Position numbers and translations under genes: made by a program. A stretch of 64,000 bases of DNA, taken from Acutalibacteraceae bacterium. GTDB taxonomy: Bacteria; Bacillota; Clostridia; Oscillospirales; Acutalibacteraceae. The notes beneath the pieces were generated by a model that saw only the letters and a list, made by a program, of their open reading frames with translations, ran no database searches and was not told the origin of the DNA. Where the stretch lies: positions 8,630 to 72,629 of the forward strand of contig JAZLAW010000002.1 in assembly GCA_045613385.1 (NCBI GenBank). Reading direction: 5' to 3'. Positions 19,525 through 29,661 of the stretch are shown piece after piece (the first letter of the stretch is position 1; every line of letters starts with the position of its first letter).

Positions 19525-20883
19525 ATGATTGATACGAAAGATATTCTTGAAACCATTCGTATGATTGAAGACGAAAATCTTGACATACGAACAGTAACTA
19601 TGGGTATATCTCTGCTTGATTGTATTAATCCTGATATTGATATAGCCTGCGAAAATGTTTACAATAAAATCGTAAAATGTGCAAAAAATCTTGTACCGGT
19701 ATGCAGTGAAATTGAAAGAGAATTGGGTATTCCAATTATAAACAAGCGAATTTCCGTCACACCGATTGCTATTATCTCTGCCGCCTGTAAAAACAGCGAC
19801 CCAATAAAATTTGCATTAACGTTAGAAAAAGCAGCAAATGAAGTAGGTGTCAACTTTATCGGTGGTTATTCAGCTTTGGTTGGCAAAGGCTTTTCTGCGG
19901 GAGACAGAGAACTAATAGAAAGCATACCTGAGGCTCTTAGCAGAACAGAACATATTTGTTCATCGGTCAACATCGGCTCAACAAAGGCCGGTATTAATAT
20001 GGATGCTGTTGCTCTAATGGGTAAAATCGTTAAGAAAACCGCTGAGCTTACAGCTGACCGCAACTGCATCGGCGCAGCAAAATTAGTTGTGTTTTGTAAT
20101 GCCCCTGAAGATAATCCGTTTATGGCGGGTGCTTTCCACGGTGTTGGCGAATCTGATACTGTTATTAATGTCGGCGTATCCGGTCCCGGTGTTGTACGCG
20201 CAGCCCTTGCTAAATCAGAAGGATTAGATTTAACCGGTGTTTCTGATTTAATTAAGCGTACCGCATTTAAAATTACTCGTGTAGGCCAATTAGTAGCTAG
20301 TTTAGCTTCAAGCCGTCTCGGAGTGCAATCAGGTATTGTTGATTTATCCCTTGCACCTACCCCAGCGGTTGGCGATTCTGTAGCACATATTTTAGAAGAA
20401 ATAGGTCTTGATATGTGTGGTGCTTGTGGTACCACTGCCGCCCTTGCTATGCTTAATGATGCAGTTAAAAAAGGCGGCGTTATGGCTTCGTCTCGTGTTG
20501 GCGGCCTTTCTGGAGCCTTTATTCCTGTAACAGAAGATGCGGGTATGATTGATGCGGCAAGATGCGGAGCTTTATGTATTGAAAAGTTGGAAGCTATGAC
20601 CGCAGTTTGCAGCGTTGGTCTTGATATGATTAATATACCCGGTGACACTACTCCCGAAGTTATCTCGGCTATAATTGCGGATGAAGCGGCAATTGGTATG
20701 ATAAACTCAAAAACAACTGCAGTTCGCGTAATACCAGCAATAGGTAAAGATGTCGGTGATGAACTCTCCTTCGGTGGTCTCTTAGGAAACGGACCTGTAA
20801 TGAAGGTTAATACTCATTCCCCTGCTAAGTTTATCGGCCGTGGCGGTCAAATCCCCGCACCAATTCAAAGTTTGAAAAACTAA
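19525..20883 (+). CDS. PFL-like UPF0210 (DUF711) protein
   Basis: [24 protein letters not shown]-terminus, Gly/Ala-rich core. AGGTGA lies before the ATG at 19525. Confidence 0.85.
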   Translation: MIDTKDILETIRMIEDENLDIRTVTMGISLLDCINPDIDIACENVYNKIVKCAKNLVPVCSEIERELGIPIINKRISVTPIAIISAACKNSDPIKFALTLEKAANEVGVNFIGGYSALVGKGFSAGDRELIESIPEALSRTEHICSSVNIGSTKAGINMDAVALMGKIVKKTAELTADRNCIGAAKLVVFCNAPEDNPFMAGAFHGVGESDTVINVGVSGPGVVRAALAKSEGLDLTGVSDLIKRTAFKITRVGQLVASLASSRLGVQSGIVDLSLAPTPAVGDSVAHILEEIGLDMCGACGTTAALAMLNDAVKKGGVMASSRVGGLSGAFIPVTEDAGMIDAARCGALCIEKLEAMTAVCSVGLDMINIPGDTTPEVISAIIADEAAIGMINSKTTAVRVIPAIGKDVGDELSFGGLLGNGPVMKVNTHSPAKFIGRGGQIPAPIQSLKN

Positions 20884-20890
20884 TAATAAA

Positions 20891-20925
20891 AGAACCGATG
20901 CAGGTGCATCGGTTCTTTCTTTTTA
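20891..20925 (+). terminator. Intrinsic terminator after the UPF0210 gene
   Basis: GAACCGATGCA/TGCATCGGTTC hairpin followed by TTTCTTTTT. Confidence 0.8.
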
Positions 20926-20963
20926 TAATCAAACTCATGCTATAAACAATCAACCAGAGAATT

Positions 20964-21408
20964 TTAAATGTTTGCTAAACTTGCTACTAACAAGCACAGA
21001 ATACCCGCAACGGTAAAACTCAAACCGATTCTTTGCGCTTTGTTAATTTTTTCTTTAAATAAAAATTTTCCTATTATAGCCGTTCCACCGAGCAAGGAAT
21101 AAGTTGTCAGAACCGATAAGTTGCCGTAGTTTAATGCAAACATAAAAACGACACTGCACACTATCCCCGCAAGTGCATAGATGAGCGAATACACGAGTGC
21201 GGTTTAGTTAAATTTAAAAATATATCGCCACCCGTAATTGCAGCACGCAGCATGCAATATGCGAACCCCAAAAAAGATGATACCGTACTACTAATGAGAC
21301 ACGCCGTAATAGTACCGCCACTTTTATGCTGATAAATTTTATTAAAAATATATTGTACCGAAAAAAAGCACACAAGCTAAAAACAAGTATAAATATTCTA
21401 TAATTCAC
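20964..21408 (-). pseudogene. Frameshifted DMT-superfamily (EamA/GRP-like) transporter remnant
   Basis: Three overlapping minus-strand ORFs in three frames read consecutively as one hydrophobic protein (..ILVFSLCAFF / SVQYIFNKIY..GGDIF / YSLIYALAGIV..). That implies at least two frameshifts, and the total length is only about half of a DMT carrier. Confidence 0.6.
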
Positions 21409-21411
21409 CCA

Positions 21412-22593
21412 TTAGCCTATCGGTCTTGAAGAACACGGAAGTGTAGCGCCCTCACCTGTTTCATAATCAGGAAACGGTGTTAAGAAGTCATTTCTAACTT
21501 TATCGCGCTCTTCCTTGTTTCTAAAGTCAGGAATCAAGTATTCTTTTCCGTCATCCAAAACACTTCGCCATGCTAAAATACCTGCTGCAGCAAGAGTGGC
21601 AGATTTGTACACATCAAATAATGGTTTATCACGGCCACTTAAGCAGTCGAGAATATGTCTGCAAAGATAATAGTCGGCATTTGCGTGACCTGACTTTTTG
21701 GTTTCTTCACTGGCATCATCAAATGCACAGTCATATGTTTTTGTAAGCTCACGGTCTTCAGGTTTTGCCCAATCGGCATATGTATAAATTGCGGTATTGG
21801 GATCTGTTCTACCAGTTTCAATAACACCTTTTTCGCAAACCAATCGATACCATTTAGATGTTGGCGCAAGACCGGCGCATGATGTTGTTCTGAATATAGC
21901 ACCATTGTCCATCTCGGTTAAAATTATAGCAGCAATATCACCAATATCGTTTTTGGAAGATAAATCAGGTGCAAAAATAGTTTTTGCATTAACCTTTCTC
22001 GGCAAAGTACCTGTAATGCTCATAAGCGGTCCCATATCATGCATATTATAATAAGTTCTGGGTAAGAAATGTCTCCAATGTTTTGGGTCATCCATACCCG
22101 AAACTTTTGGGTCCGAAGAATGGAAGTACTCACCTTCTGCATATAATACACGACCGAAAGTACCATCATTATATAATTTATCGAGTTCCATAGGACCGTA
22201 AAGATACGGACAGTTTACAGCAAGCATATATAAAGCATTGCTGTTTTCTACCGCTTCACAAAGCTCAACACATTCACCGAGTGTAGGAGCTGCATTTGTT
22301 TCACTAATTACACTAATCCCCTTTGCCAAAGCAATTTTCGCATATTTTGCGTGCTCGTGGAAAAAGTTGCCTAGTACAACTGCATCAAGACCACAATCAA
22401 TAAACTCATCAAAATTGTCAAAATATTTAACATCGGTTTTTTCTTTGAGTTCTTCTTGCATATGCTCTATTCTGTCGGGTCTGTTATCGCAAATAGCAAC
22501 AATGTCGGCTTCTTCTTTAAAATTGCGATTTAAAATTACGGCAAATGTACCGCCACGCCAGCCACCCATAACACCAATACGGAACTTTTTCAT
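21412..22593 (-). CDS. Gfo/Idh/MocA family NAD(P)-dependent oxidoreductase (paralogue 1)
   Basis: N-terminal Rossmann segment (RIGVMGGWRGG) and a conserved E.P/HFLPRTYYNMHD core. Roughly two-thirds identical by eye to the next gene. Confidence 0.75.
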   Translation of the reverse strand: MKKFRIGVMGGWRGGTFAVILNRNFKEEADIVAICDNRPDRIEHMQEELKEKTDVKYFDNFDEFIDCGLDAVVLGNFFHEHAKYAKIALAKGISVISETNAAPTLGECVELCEAVENSNALYMLAVNCPYLYGPMELDKLYNDGTFGRVLYAEGEYFHSSDPKVSGMDDPKHWRHFLPRTYYNMHDMGPLMSITGTLPRKVNAKTIFAPDLSSKNDIGDIAAIILTEMDNGAIFRTTSCAGLAPTSKWYRLVCEKGVIETGRTDPNTAIYTYADWAKPEDRELTKTYDCAFDDASEETKKSGHANADYYLCRHILDCLSGRDKPLFDVYKSATLAAAGILAWRSVLDDGKEYLIPDFRNKEERDKVRNDFLTPFPDYETGEGATLPCSSRPIG

Positions 22594-22618
22594 AACTATT
22601 CTCCTTAAATAATAAAAT

Positions 22619-22644
22619 GCCAGATGATTTAAGTATCATCTGGC
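22619..22644 (-). terminator. Hairpin between the two oxidoreductase paralogues
   Basis: GCCAGATGAT-TTAAGT-ATCATCTGGC, then a modest T-rich tract on the minus strand. Confidence 0.5.
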
Positions 22645-22706
22645 TAAATTATAGCTTCTTTTATTTTTTGTAGCAAGACAAAAATAAATTAAAAATGGAC
22701 AAAATA

Positions 22707-23897
22707 TTACTTATAAGGTTTTGAAGAGCAAGGTAATGTAATTCCCTCTCCGTTATTATCAGGGAAAGGTGTGCGAAAATCATCTGCATATTTATCGCGT
22801 TCTTGCTTATTCGAAAAATCAGGAATTATAAACTCCTTGCCATCTTCAAGCACACTATACCAGCCTAAAATTGCAGTTGCAGAGAGAGCTACAGACCTAT
22901 AAACATCAAAGAACGGCTCAATTTTTCCCTTTATATAATCAACAAATACTCTGCAAAGAACATTATCAGAATTTCCGTGTCCGGAATTTCTTACTTCATC
23001 CGGTGTTTCTTCAGGACAAGCATCATAAATCCTAAACTGTTCTTCACCTTCCGGCATTATCCAGGGATTATATTCACAAATTATTTGATTGATATCACGT
23101 CTTCCTGTTTCAATACTACCGTTTTCACACACAATTCTGAACCATTTGTTCATCGGTGACAACGCTGCACAAGCTGTTGTTCTGAAAATAGCCCCATTAT
23201 CCATTTCTGTTAAAATGACCGCGGCTATATCCCCTGATTTTTTAGGCATACCGGAAGTGATATCGGGTGCGAAAATGGCTTTTGCATTTACCTTTTTAGG
23301 TACGGTGCGCGTAATACTCATAAGCGGACCTAAGTCGTGCATATTGTAATAGGTTCTGGGTAAGAACATTCTCCAGTGTTTCGGGTCATCCATACCCGAA
23401 ATTTCAATAGTTGGATTCTTGGGATGAAAATACTCCCCATCTGCATACAATACACGGCCTAAAGTGCCTTTGTTGTATATACGTTCCATTTCAAGTGTAC
23501 TGTAAAAATAAGCACAGTTGGCACCAAGCATATATTTAGAACCTGTTTTTTCAACCGCTTCACAAAGTTCGACACATTCGCCAAGAGTTGCAGCAGCAGT
23601 TGTTTCGCTCATAACGTGTATGCCTTTATTTAATGCTTTAATTGCATATTTTGCATGTTCGTGAAAAAAATTACACAGTATTACAGCATCAATTCCACAA
23701 TCGATAAACTCATCAAAATTTTCAAAAAACTGTATAGTATCAGGAAGATTTATATCATCAATTATGTGTTGAACTTTTTCTTTCGAAAAATCACATATTG
23801 CTTTAATTTCAACTTCATCTTTGAATTCACTTGTATAAATTTTCGCAAATGAACCGCCGCGCCAGGCGCCCATAATTCCTATACGAATTTTTCGCAC
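22707..23897 (-). CDS. Gfo/Idh/MocA family NAD(P)-dependent oxidoreductase (paralogue 2)
   Basis: Same architecture as 21412-22593 (RIGIMGAWRGG ... MFLPRTYYNMHD). Confidence 0.75.
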   Translation of the reverse strand: MRKIRIGIMGAWRGGSFAKIYTSEFKDEVEIKAICDFSKEKVQHIIDDINLPDTIQFFENFDEFIDCGIDAVILCNFFHEHAKYAIKALNKGIHVMSETTAAATLGECVELCEAVEKTGSKYMLGANCAYFYSTLEMERIYNKGTLGRVLYADGEYFHPKNPTIEISGMDDPKHWRMFLPRTYYNMHDLGPLMSITRTVPKKVNAKAIFAPDITSGMPKKSGDIAAVILTEMDNGAIFRTTACAALSPMNKWFRIVCENGSIETGRRDINQIICEYNPWIMPEGEEQFRIYDACPEETPDEVRNSGHGNSDNVLCRVFVDYIKGKIEPFFDVYRSVALSATAILGWYSVLEDGKEFIIPDFSNKQERDKYADDFRTPFPDNNGEGITLPCSSKPYK

Positions 23898-23916
23898 TGC
23901 AATCTCCTCCTATTAT

Positions 23917-24777
23917 CTAAACCGAATGATATTCATTTCGGTCGCGCCTAAATTCAGACGGTGTTTTTTTCATATATTCTGAGAAAGCACGATTATAGTT
24001 TCTAACGCTTCCAAAACCACACTCGAAAGCGATTTCTGAAATACTTTTATCACTATATTTAAGTAATTCTAATGATTTTGTCAGGCGAACATTTGAAACA
24101 TAATTTGAAAAACTGATGCCTAAATGAGCCTTTATCATACGGCTTATACATTGCGCGCTCATACCAAAATTATTTGCAAGAACCGATAAAGTGATTTCAT
24201 CCGCACAGTTTTTCTCGATATAAAGCAAAATTTCATTAATAATACTATAATTTTTCTTATCGTTCTGCTTATTCAATCTACGTTGTTTTAAAAAGACAGA
24301 AAGCACAGGATAAATGATTGACTGCGCCTCGATTTTTGTAAATTTTTCTGTTGAACTCAAAAGACTGTCTTTGACATAATTGAAAACCACAGCGTTTACT
24401 TCAAAAATAGGATGCGCCACTTCTGTACTGCCGATTACACTATCAAAATGTTGAACAAGAGAAGGTTGAAATTTAATAACAATCGCTTCAGAGCCTTTTT
24501 CTGTACGGTAAGAGTGCGTTTCATAGGGTATTAAAAAAGCTGCTTGTTTTTCGCCAATATTATAAATACCATCGCCTATTGTAGCTTCCACTACACCGCT
24601 TAAAACAATAATAATTTCGGCCTGTGTATGAAAAATTGGAAAGCACTCAAGATTAATATGATATTTAGCATTAAATACATCTTCATTCATTGTAAAATCA
24701 GAAGCATAGTAATTAATGCTACGTGTCTGTACGTGGTTACTTGTAGTGGGACATACCGGATGAACTATTTTTTCCAT
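23917..24777 (-). CDS. AraC family transcriptional regulator (cupin sensor plus HTH)
   Basis: The C-terminal dual HTH ends ISEIAFECGFGSVRNYNRAFSEYMKKTPSEFR. Confidence 0.85.
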   Translation of the reverse strand: MEKIVHPVCPTTSNHVQTRSINYYASDFTMNEDVFNAKYHINLECFPIFHTQAEIIIVLSGVVEATIGDGIYNIGEKQAAFLIPYETHSYRTEKGSEAIVIKFQPSLVQHFDSVIGSTEVAHPIFEVNAVVFNYVKDSLLSSTEKFTKIEAQSIIYPVLSVFLKQRRLNKQNDKKNYSIINEILLYIEKNCADEITLSVLANNFGMSAQCISRMIKAHLGISFSNYVSNVRLTKSLELLKYSDKSISEIAFECGFGSVRNYNRAFSEYMKKTPSEFRRDRNEYHSV

Positions 24778-24875
24778 AGAACTCCTCACACCATTCTCTA
24801 AAATACAAATTATATTGTACTCAAAACAAAAAAAATTTAAAGAAAAAAGTTATAAAAATGTAGACATAAATTAAT

Positions 24876-26384
24876 TTATTTTAAAATTTTAAATTTTTTA
24901 AGTAATAAAATCCTATCATTCTTTTCAATATCTGTAAAAAACAAAGTTATAAAATAAACTATTGCCATAATACAAACAGATGCTACAAACGTGATGAAAT
25001 TAACATCTTTAAAAATTGAATTAAGTCCAAAGCCCACCAGCAAGACTAAAATTGCCGAAAAAGACCATTTAAAATACATGTTTTTAAAATATTCACCGAT
25101 ATTTATATTTAAATATTTTTTGTAAAGGAAATTTTCAGCAACTGTTCTGAAAATATACGATATGAAAATCGCAGCAGATGCGCCAATAGCACCGAAAACA
25201 GGAACTGTTATAAACGAGATAATAACTGTTAATACAACCATTACAACATAGATAATTGCCTGGGGTTTTACAACCTCTTTCGCCAAGAGAGCTGTCTTTG
25301 CAATCTGTTGAGGAAGCTCAATTAATGATGGGAAAATTATTAAAATGGCGCAATAATAAACCTTTTGATAGCCGTCCCCCAGCCATAACTGTACAAAGTT
25401 TTGTCCAAGTGCTAAAATGCACAAAATAACAAAGCCTATAGTGTACACATGAAATTTGGCAACTTTAACAAGCAGTTTATTCAATTTTTCATCAGAATTT
25501 TCTCCGACCAGAATTCGTGAAATTTTTGGAAGAAACATACCATTAATAGCATTGGCAAAAGTAAACACATAACCTTCAATAGTTGTAGCCAAACTGAAAA
25601 AAGCAACTTCTACAGAACCCACCATTGCGGCTATAATTGAAGGAGAAATATTAAACATTATTCTCTGTGCAAAGCTCTTTATTGTTGTCCACATAGAAAA
25701 CCCGAATATTTGTTTTAAAAGTTTATTATCCTTAAATTTAAGATTAACCTTAACGTCAGTCTTTGAACGCAAAATTAAGAGCTTAATTAAAATCGTAAGT
25801 ATACCCGAAAGTGCATTTACCGTTACAAGTGCAAAAACACCGTAGCCCATATAAAGTGCGAAAACCATCGCAACGATTATAAACACTTTGTGGAATAAAT
25901 CAGCTAGTTTTAAATTAACGAATTTTTCATACGCTGTAAGAATACCGTTAAGATTGGTAAACGGAAAGGAGATTATACTAAAAAGTCCTACAATTAGGTA
26001 AAGAGACTTAAACGTTGCGAGTTCATCTATGGTAAGATTGGCATAAATTCTATTAATAAAAAAGCTAAGCACCAAAAATACAACAAGTATAATTCCATCT
26101 AAGGCTATATAAAGCTTATAAGTTAAACCTAAAAAATCGTTAATTGCTTTTTGATTGTTTTCAGCTCTGTATTTAGAAACAAAACGCGACACGGCAGAAC
26201 CCATTCCAAAATCCATAACAAATATGGTTATCAAAGAGTTGGCCAATGTATATAATCCATAATTATTCTGACCTATCTGCGAAATCATCCATGGTGTATA
26301 AATTAATCCCGCCAACATATTAAAGATAATTGCAAAATAGGAAATTAAGGCGCCTGTTCTAATTTGTTTTGAACTATTCAACAA
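24876..26384 (-). CDS. wzx: Polysaccharide flippase (Wzx, MOP superfamily)
   Basis: 502 aa with about 14 predicted TM segments. Its position in the glycan cluster and an N-terminus of the form ...GALISY..I..N...GL..TPW are typical of Wzx. Confidence 0.75.
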   Translation of the reverse strand: MLNSSKQIRTGALISYFAIIFNMLAGLIYTPWMISQIGQNNYGLYTLANSLITIFVMDFGMGSAVSRFVSKYRAENNQKAINDFLGLTYKLYIALDGIILVVFLVLSFFINRIYANLTIDELATFKSLYLIVGLFSIISFPFTNLNGILTAYEKFVNLKLADLFHKVFIIVAMVFALYMGYGVFALVTVNALSGILTILIKLLILRSKTDVKVNLKFKDNKLLKQIFGFSMWTTIKSFAQRIMFNISPSIIAAMVGSVEVAFFSLATTIEGYVFTFANAINGMFLPKISRILVGENSDEKLNKLLVKVAKFHVYTIGFVILCILALGQNFVQLWLGDGYQKVYYCAILIIFPSLIELPQQIAKTALLAKEVVKPQAIIYVVMVVLTVIISFITVPVFGAIGASAAIFISYIFRTVAENFLYKKYLNINIGEYFKNMYFKWSFSAILVLLVGFGLNSIFKDVNFITFVASVCIMAIVYFITLFFTDIEKNDRILLLKKFKILK

Positions 26385-26395
26385 AAATCACCTGT

Positions 26396-27196
26396 TTAAA
26401 TATTTTTTGAAAGAATCCTGATATTCTGATTATGTGAAGGTTTTCTCTTATCCTCATCGGGTAGCTCATTAGCATAATTTTTACCAAATCGGGTTTTTAA
26501 AAACTCATCATATTCGCTTATTGCTAAGAATTTATTATCTCTGAACTGAAGTTCTGTAAGAGAAGTATATACATCTTTTTTTAAAGGAATAAAACTGCGA
26601 TTAGAATTACAAACCTCGTACATATACCCTGTTTGCTTTTTGTTGTATTTTTTACAACTTTTATCAACCGCCTTAATAAGCGTACACATAGGCAAAAGCG
26701 ACAATGCTCCGTATATCATTTTTCTAATTCCTCGCGGCTTAATGGATTTAAGTTTTGTTTTTCGTGCTCCTGTAAAAAGACCAACCATAGAACAATGTTT
26801 GCCAAGTTTTTCGGGCACTACGTTGTCTATTGGAAAAATATCCATAAAAATGCCGTGGTGCATATTTTTTAAGTGCGAATAATCATATTCATATATTTCG
26901 GTACCATTTAAGCAAAGTTTAGCATAATTAAGCGGAAACTCCGGGATATTATTGTATGACTGAAGAAAAAAATCACTTCCGAGTTCACTTGGAGCGACCT
27001 TCAAGAATCGCTCATATTCTTCTCGTCGCATAACAACATCAATATCATCATCCCACGGAACAAAATCACTGTATTTGACAGCACCCATTAGAGTGCCGCC
27101 TTCCATAGTGTATTCTATATTATGTTTGCGACATATTCTGTCAAACTCTGAAAAAATTGAATACACGTAATCTTGCAAAACTTTTAATTCTATCAT
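26396..27196 (-). CDS. licD: LicD family phosphotransferase
   Basis: L..IF.EFDRICRKHNI.Y.MEGGTLMGAVKY..F.PWDDDIDV is the LicD nucleotidyltransferase-fold signature. Confidence 0.8.
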   Translation of the reverse strand: MIELKVLQDYVYSIFSEFDRICRKHNIEYTMEGGTLMGAVKYSDFVPWDDDIDVVMRREEYERFLKVAPSELGSDFFLQSYNNIPEFPLNYAKLCLNGTEIYEYDYSHLKNMHHGIFMDIFPIDNVVPEKLGKHCSMVGLFTGARKTKLKSIKPRGIRKMIYGALSLLPMCTLIKAVDKSCKKYNKKQTGYMYEVCNSNRSFIPLKKDVYTSLTELQFRDNKFLAISEYDEFLKTRFGKNYANELPDEDKRKPSHNQNIRILSKNI

Positions 27197-27210
27197 CTTA
27201 AACTCCAAAA

Positions 27211-28359
27211 TTATTTTTTAGCAGATTTTATTATGGGAGCCGGACTGCAAACACCTTTTTTATACTCGGCTTCCCCCTTACATAGCGCTACAAATCTCTT
27301 AGCCGCAACTTCGGGAGATGCTTCATTAATCATATAATAATAGGCATTCTTTTGTATCTCTTTGCGATACTTTTCATCCCTAATAATTTTTTCAATTATA
27401 GGAAATACGGTTTTTATATCTTGATTTTTATATACAAAACCATTTTCGCCGTCATTAATAAGATATCTGCTTGCTCCCGCGGCAGCATCTGCAAAAACTA
27501 CACAGCCACTATTTAAGCTTTCGTTTATAACAACGCCCCAACCCTCGTTATAATCGCTTGTCATTAAAAAGATATCGGCATTTTCCATAGCACTACGAAC
27601 TTCAGGCGCAGTCTTTTTTCCTAAAAATGTTATGTAATCGCTAAGTTCGTTCTTAACAATTTCTTCTTTGATTAGATTTTCTAATTCTCCGTACCCTATT
27701 ATGTCCATGTGGAATGGTAAATTTATTTTTTTGAGATGAATCGCAACCTGTAAAGCTTTTTCAGGATGTTTTAGCTCAAGAAAGCGTGCAGCCCATAATA
27801 TTTTTATCGGCTTATCACCGGTTGCTTTTTTAGATAAAAGTTCATCTATATCGTGCTTTACAACTTCGGGGAAATAACCCCATTGATACGCCTTACCACG
27901 CCAACCGCAAAGGGATAAATCATAGGGCAAATAAGCACTTGCGCAAAGTACCTTAAAATTAGGTTTTGTATACTTTGCCGCTCTGTTAATTACCTTTCTT
28001 CTGATTTGCGGAATAAAAGCACGCCAAATGCCCTTTTTGAAAAAGCGTTCTGAGAAAAGATAGGTTTCGGTACCGTTATTAACACACTCTTCAATAACGT
28101 TATTAGGTGCGGCACCAATAATTACAACGTCGCTCTCTCTTATTAATTCTTTGGTTTTTTCGGTGCCTTCTTGGGTGTATGCTTTTACCACAAACGGATA
28201 CTGGTCGGCAAGATTCTTAAAACCCGCCTGTTTTCTATATTCGGGCAAATCACCATACACAACACAATGATAATCCACACCCGGAATATTATAGAAAGCT
28301 TTTGCAAGGCCCTCCTGATGATAACCTAAAACACTACTAAAAAACGTGAGTTTCATCAA
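27211..28359 (-). CDS. Glycosyltransferase, GT4-like (GT-B fold)
   Basis: The C-terminal domain carries the ...SDYNEGWGVVINESLNSGC...GENGFVY motif (E-x7-E type). Confidence 0.75.
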   Translation of the reverse strand: MMKLTFFSSVLGYHQEGLAKAFYNIPGVDYHCVVYGDLPEYRKQAGFKNLADQYPFVVKAYTQEGTEKTKELIRESDVVIIGAAPNNVIEECVNNGTETYLFSERFFKKGIWRAFIPQIRRKVINRAAKYTKPNFKVLCASAYLPYDLSLCGWRGKAYQWGYFPEVVKHDIDELLSKKATGDKPIKILWAARFLELKHPEKALQVAIHLKKINLPFHMDIIGYGELENLIKEEIVKNELSDYITFLGKKTAPEVRSAMENADIFLMTSDYNEGWGVVINESLNSGCVVFADAAAGASRYLINDGENGFVYKNQDIKTVFPIIEKIIRDEKYRKEIQKNAYYYMINEASPEVAAKRFVALCKGEAEYKKGVCSPAPIIKSAKK

Positions 28360-28373
28360 TTAAATCTCCTAAA

Positions 28374-29627
28374 TTATTCTGAAAGAATAGTTTTATACAC
28401 ATCTATCATATCTTGGATGTTCTTAACTCTATCGTGCATAATTTCTGCATCTTTGATTGCATTTTCTGAAAATTTCACTGCTAAATCATCGTTTTCAAAA
28501 AGTTCGATTATTCTACCTGCAAGATATTCCACTTCATTAAAATCGAAGAAAAATCCACTGATACCATCTTTTAGAAGATGGGTCATACCGCCGCGATACG
28601 ATGCAAGACTAGGGGTGCCTATATGCATAGCTTCTCTTAGAGTTGCCGAAGCATTTTCCATTGAAGACGGAATCACACACAAATGCGAAGTTCTCATAAC
28701 GTCAATTACACCGTTAGCATCAAGTCTGGGTAAAAATTCAAGATTGTCTTTAAGACCTAATTTTTCAATAAGTCTATTACAATATTTTGAATAACCAGTT
28801 TTTACTACAATGTTACCATCTTTATCTTTTGGGGATAAAACACGCATTTTAACATCGGGATATTTTTCTTTTACTATAGCCAACGCTTTAAGAGCGATAT
28901 GTCCACCCTTAAAAGGTGTCTGTGGAGAGTTGGAAGCATAAATAGTATGCCTTTTTATTTTATCTATCGACCACTTTTCGCTACTGTAAAACTCATCTCT
29001 CAGGTTATAATTGCAACGGAAATATTTTATATTCTTATTAACAGATTCCATCCAGAATTTATCCCAATCCGTTCTGCCGGTAGCATAACCGCAACGGGAA
29101 ATAATCTCTTTTTCAAATCGGCTATTTTTCTTCATTAAAAGCTTCTTTTCAAACATACCGTTCATATGTAGATTATCGCTCTTTGTGCGGTATTTAACCT
29201 TCTGCCAGAAAGATAGTTCACCGTCATTTTTTTCGGCTATTTTGCTGATAATGCCTTGTATTGTAACAAGATATTTCTTATCTGGAAATTCATTCATATA
29301 CGGCAAAGAGTGGCTATATTCCGTGCCGTGTATATGTACAATATCGGGGGAAAAATCTTCTTCAATTTTCTTCCAATACTCTAAACTTTTATTATTATAA
29401 AAAAGCAACTGCTTTCCGCCACCGGGGATAATATAGTAGATTTTATTATTCAGTTCAGTTTTTTTAAATTCATTTCCCTGTACACAAGCAACAGCAAGTT
29501 CTACATCATAACTTTCGGCAATCTTATTTGATAAATCTATCATCCAAGTGCCACTCGGACTGGTTGTAAGACCTAAATGCGACGCGAGTTCGGGCAATAA
29601 CATATTTACTATCCATAAAATCTTCAT
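28374..29627 (-). CDS. Glycosyltransferase, GT4-like (GT-B fold)
   Basis: PSSMENASATLREAMHIGTP...GISGFFF motif. Confidence 0.75.
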   Translation of the reverse strand: MKILWIVNMLLPELASHLGLTTSPSGTWMIDLSNKIAESYDVELAVACVQGNEFKKTELNNKIYYIIPGGGKQLLFYNNKSLEYWKKIEEDFSPDIVHIHGTEYSHSLPYMNEFPDKKYLVTIQGIISKIAEKNDGELSFWQKVKYRTKSDNLHMNGMFEKKLLMKKNSRFEKEIISRCGYATGRTDWDKFWMESVNKNIKYFRCNYNLRDEFYSSEKWSIDKIKRHTIYASNSPQTPFKGGHIALKALAIVKEKYPDVKMRVLSPKDKDGNIVVKTGYSKYCNRLIEKLGLKDNLEFLPRLDANGVIDVMRTSHLCVIPSSMENASATLREAMHIGTPSLASYRGGMTHLLKDGISGFFFDFNEVEYLAGRIIELFENDDLAVKFSENAIKDAEIMHDRVKNIQDMIDVYKTILSE

Positions 29628-29661
29628 AATTTACTCACCTTTTAGTTTAATAATGTTATCA

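Noticed and set aside
19866-20648. 260-aa minus-strand ORF
   Set aside because: It lies entirely antisense to the well-supported UPF0210 gene. It is an Ala/Pro/Ser/Thr-rich low-complexity translation typical of the reverse frame of a Gly/Ala-rich gene.
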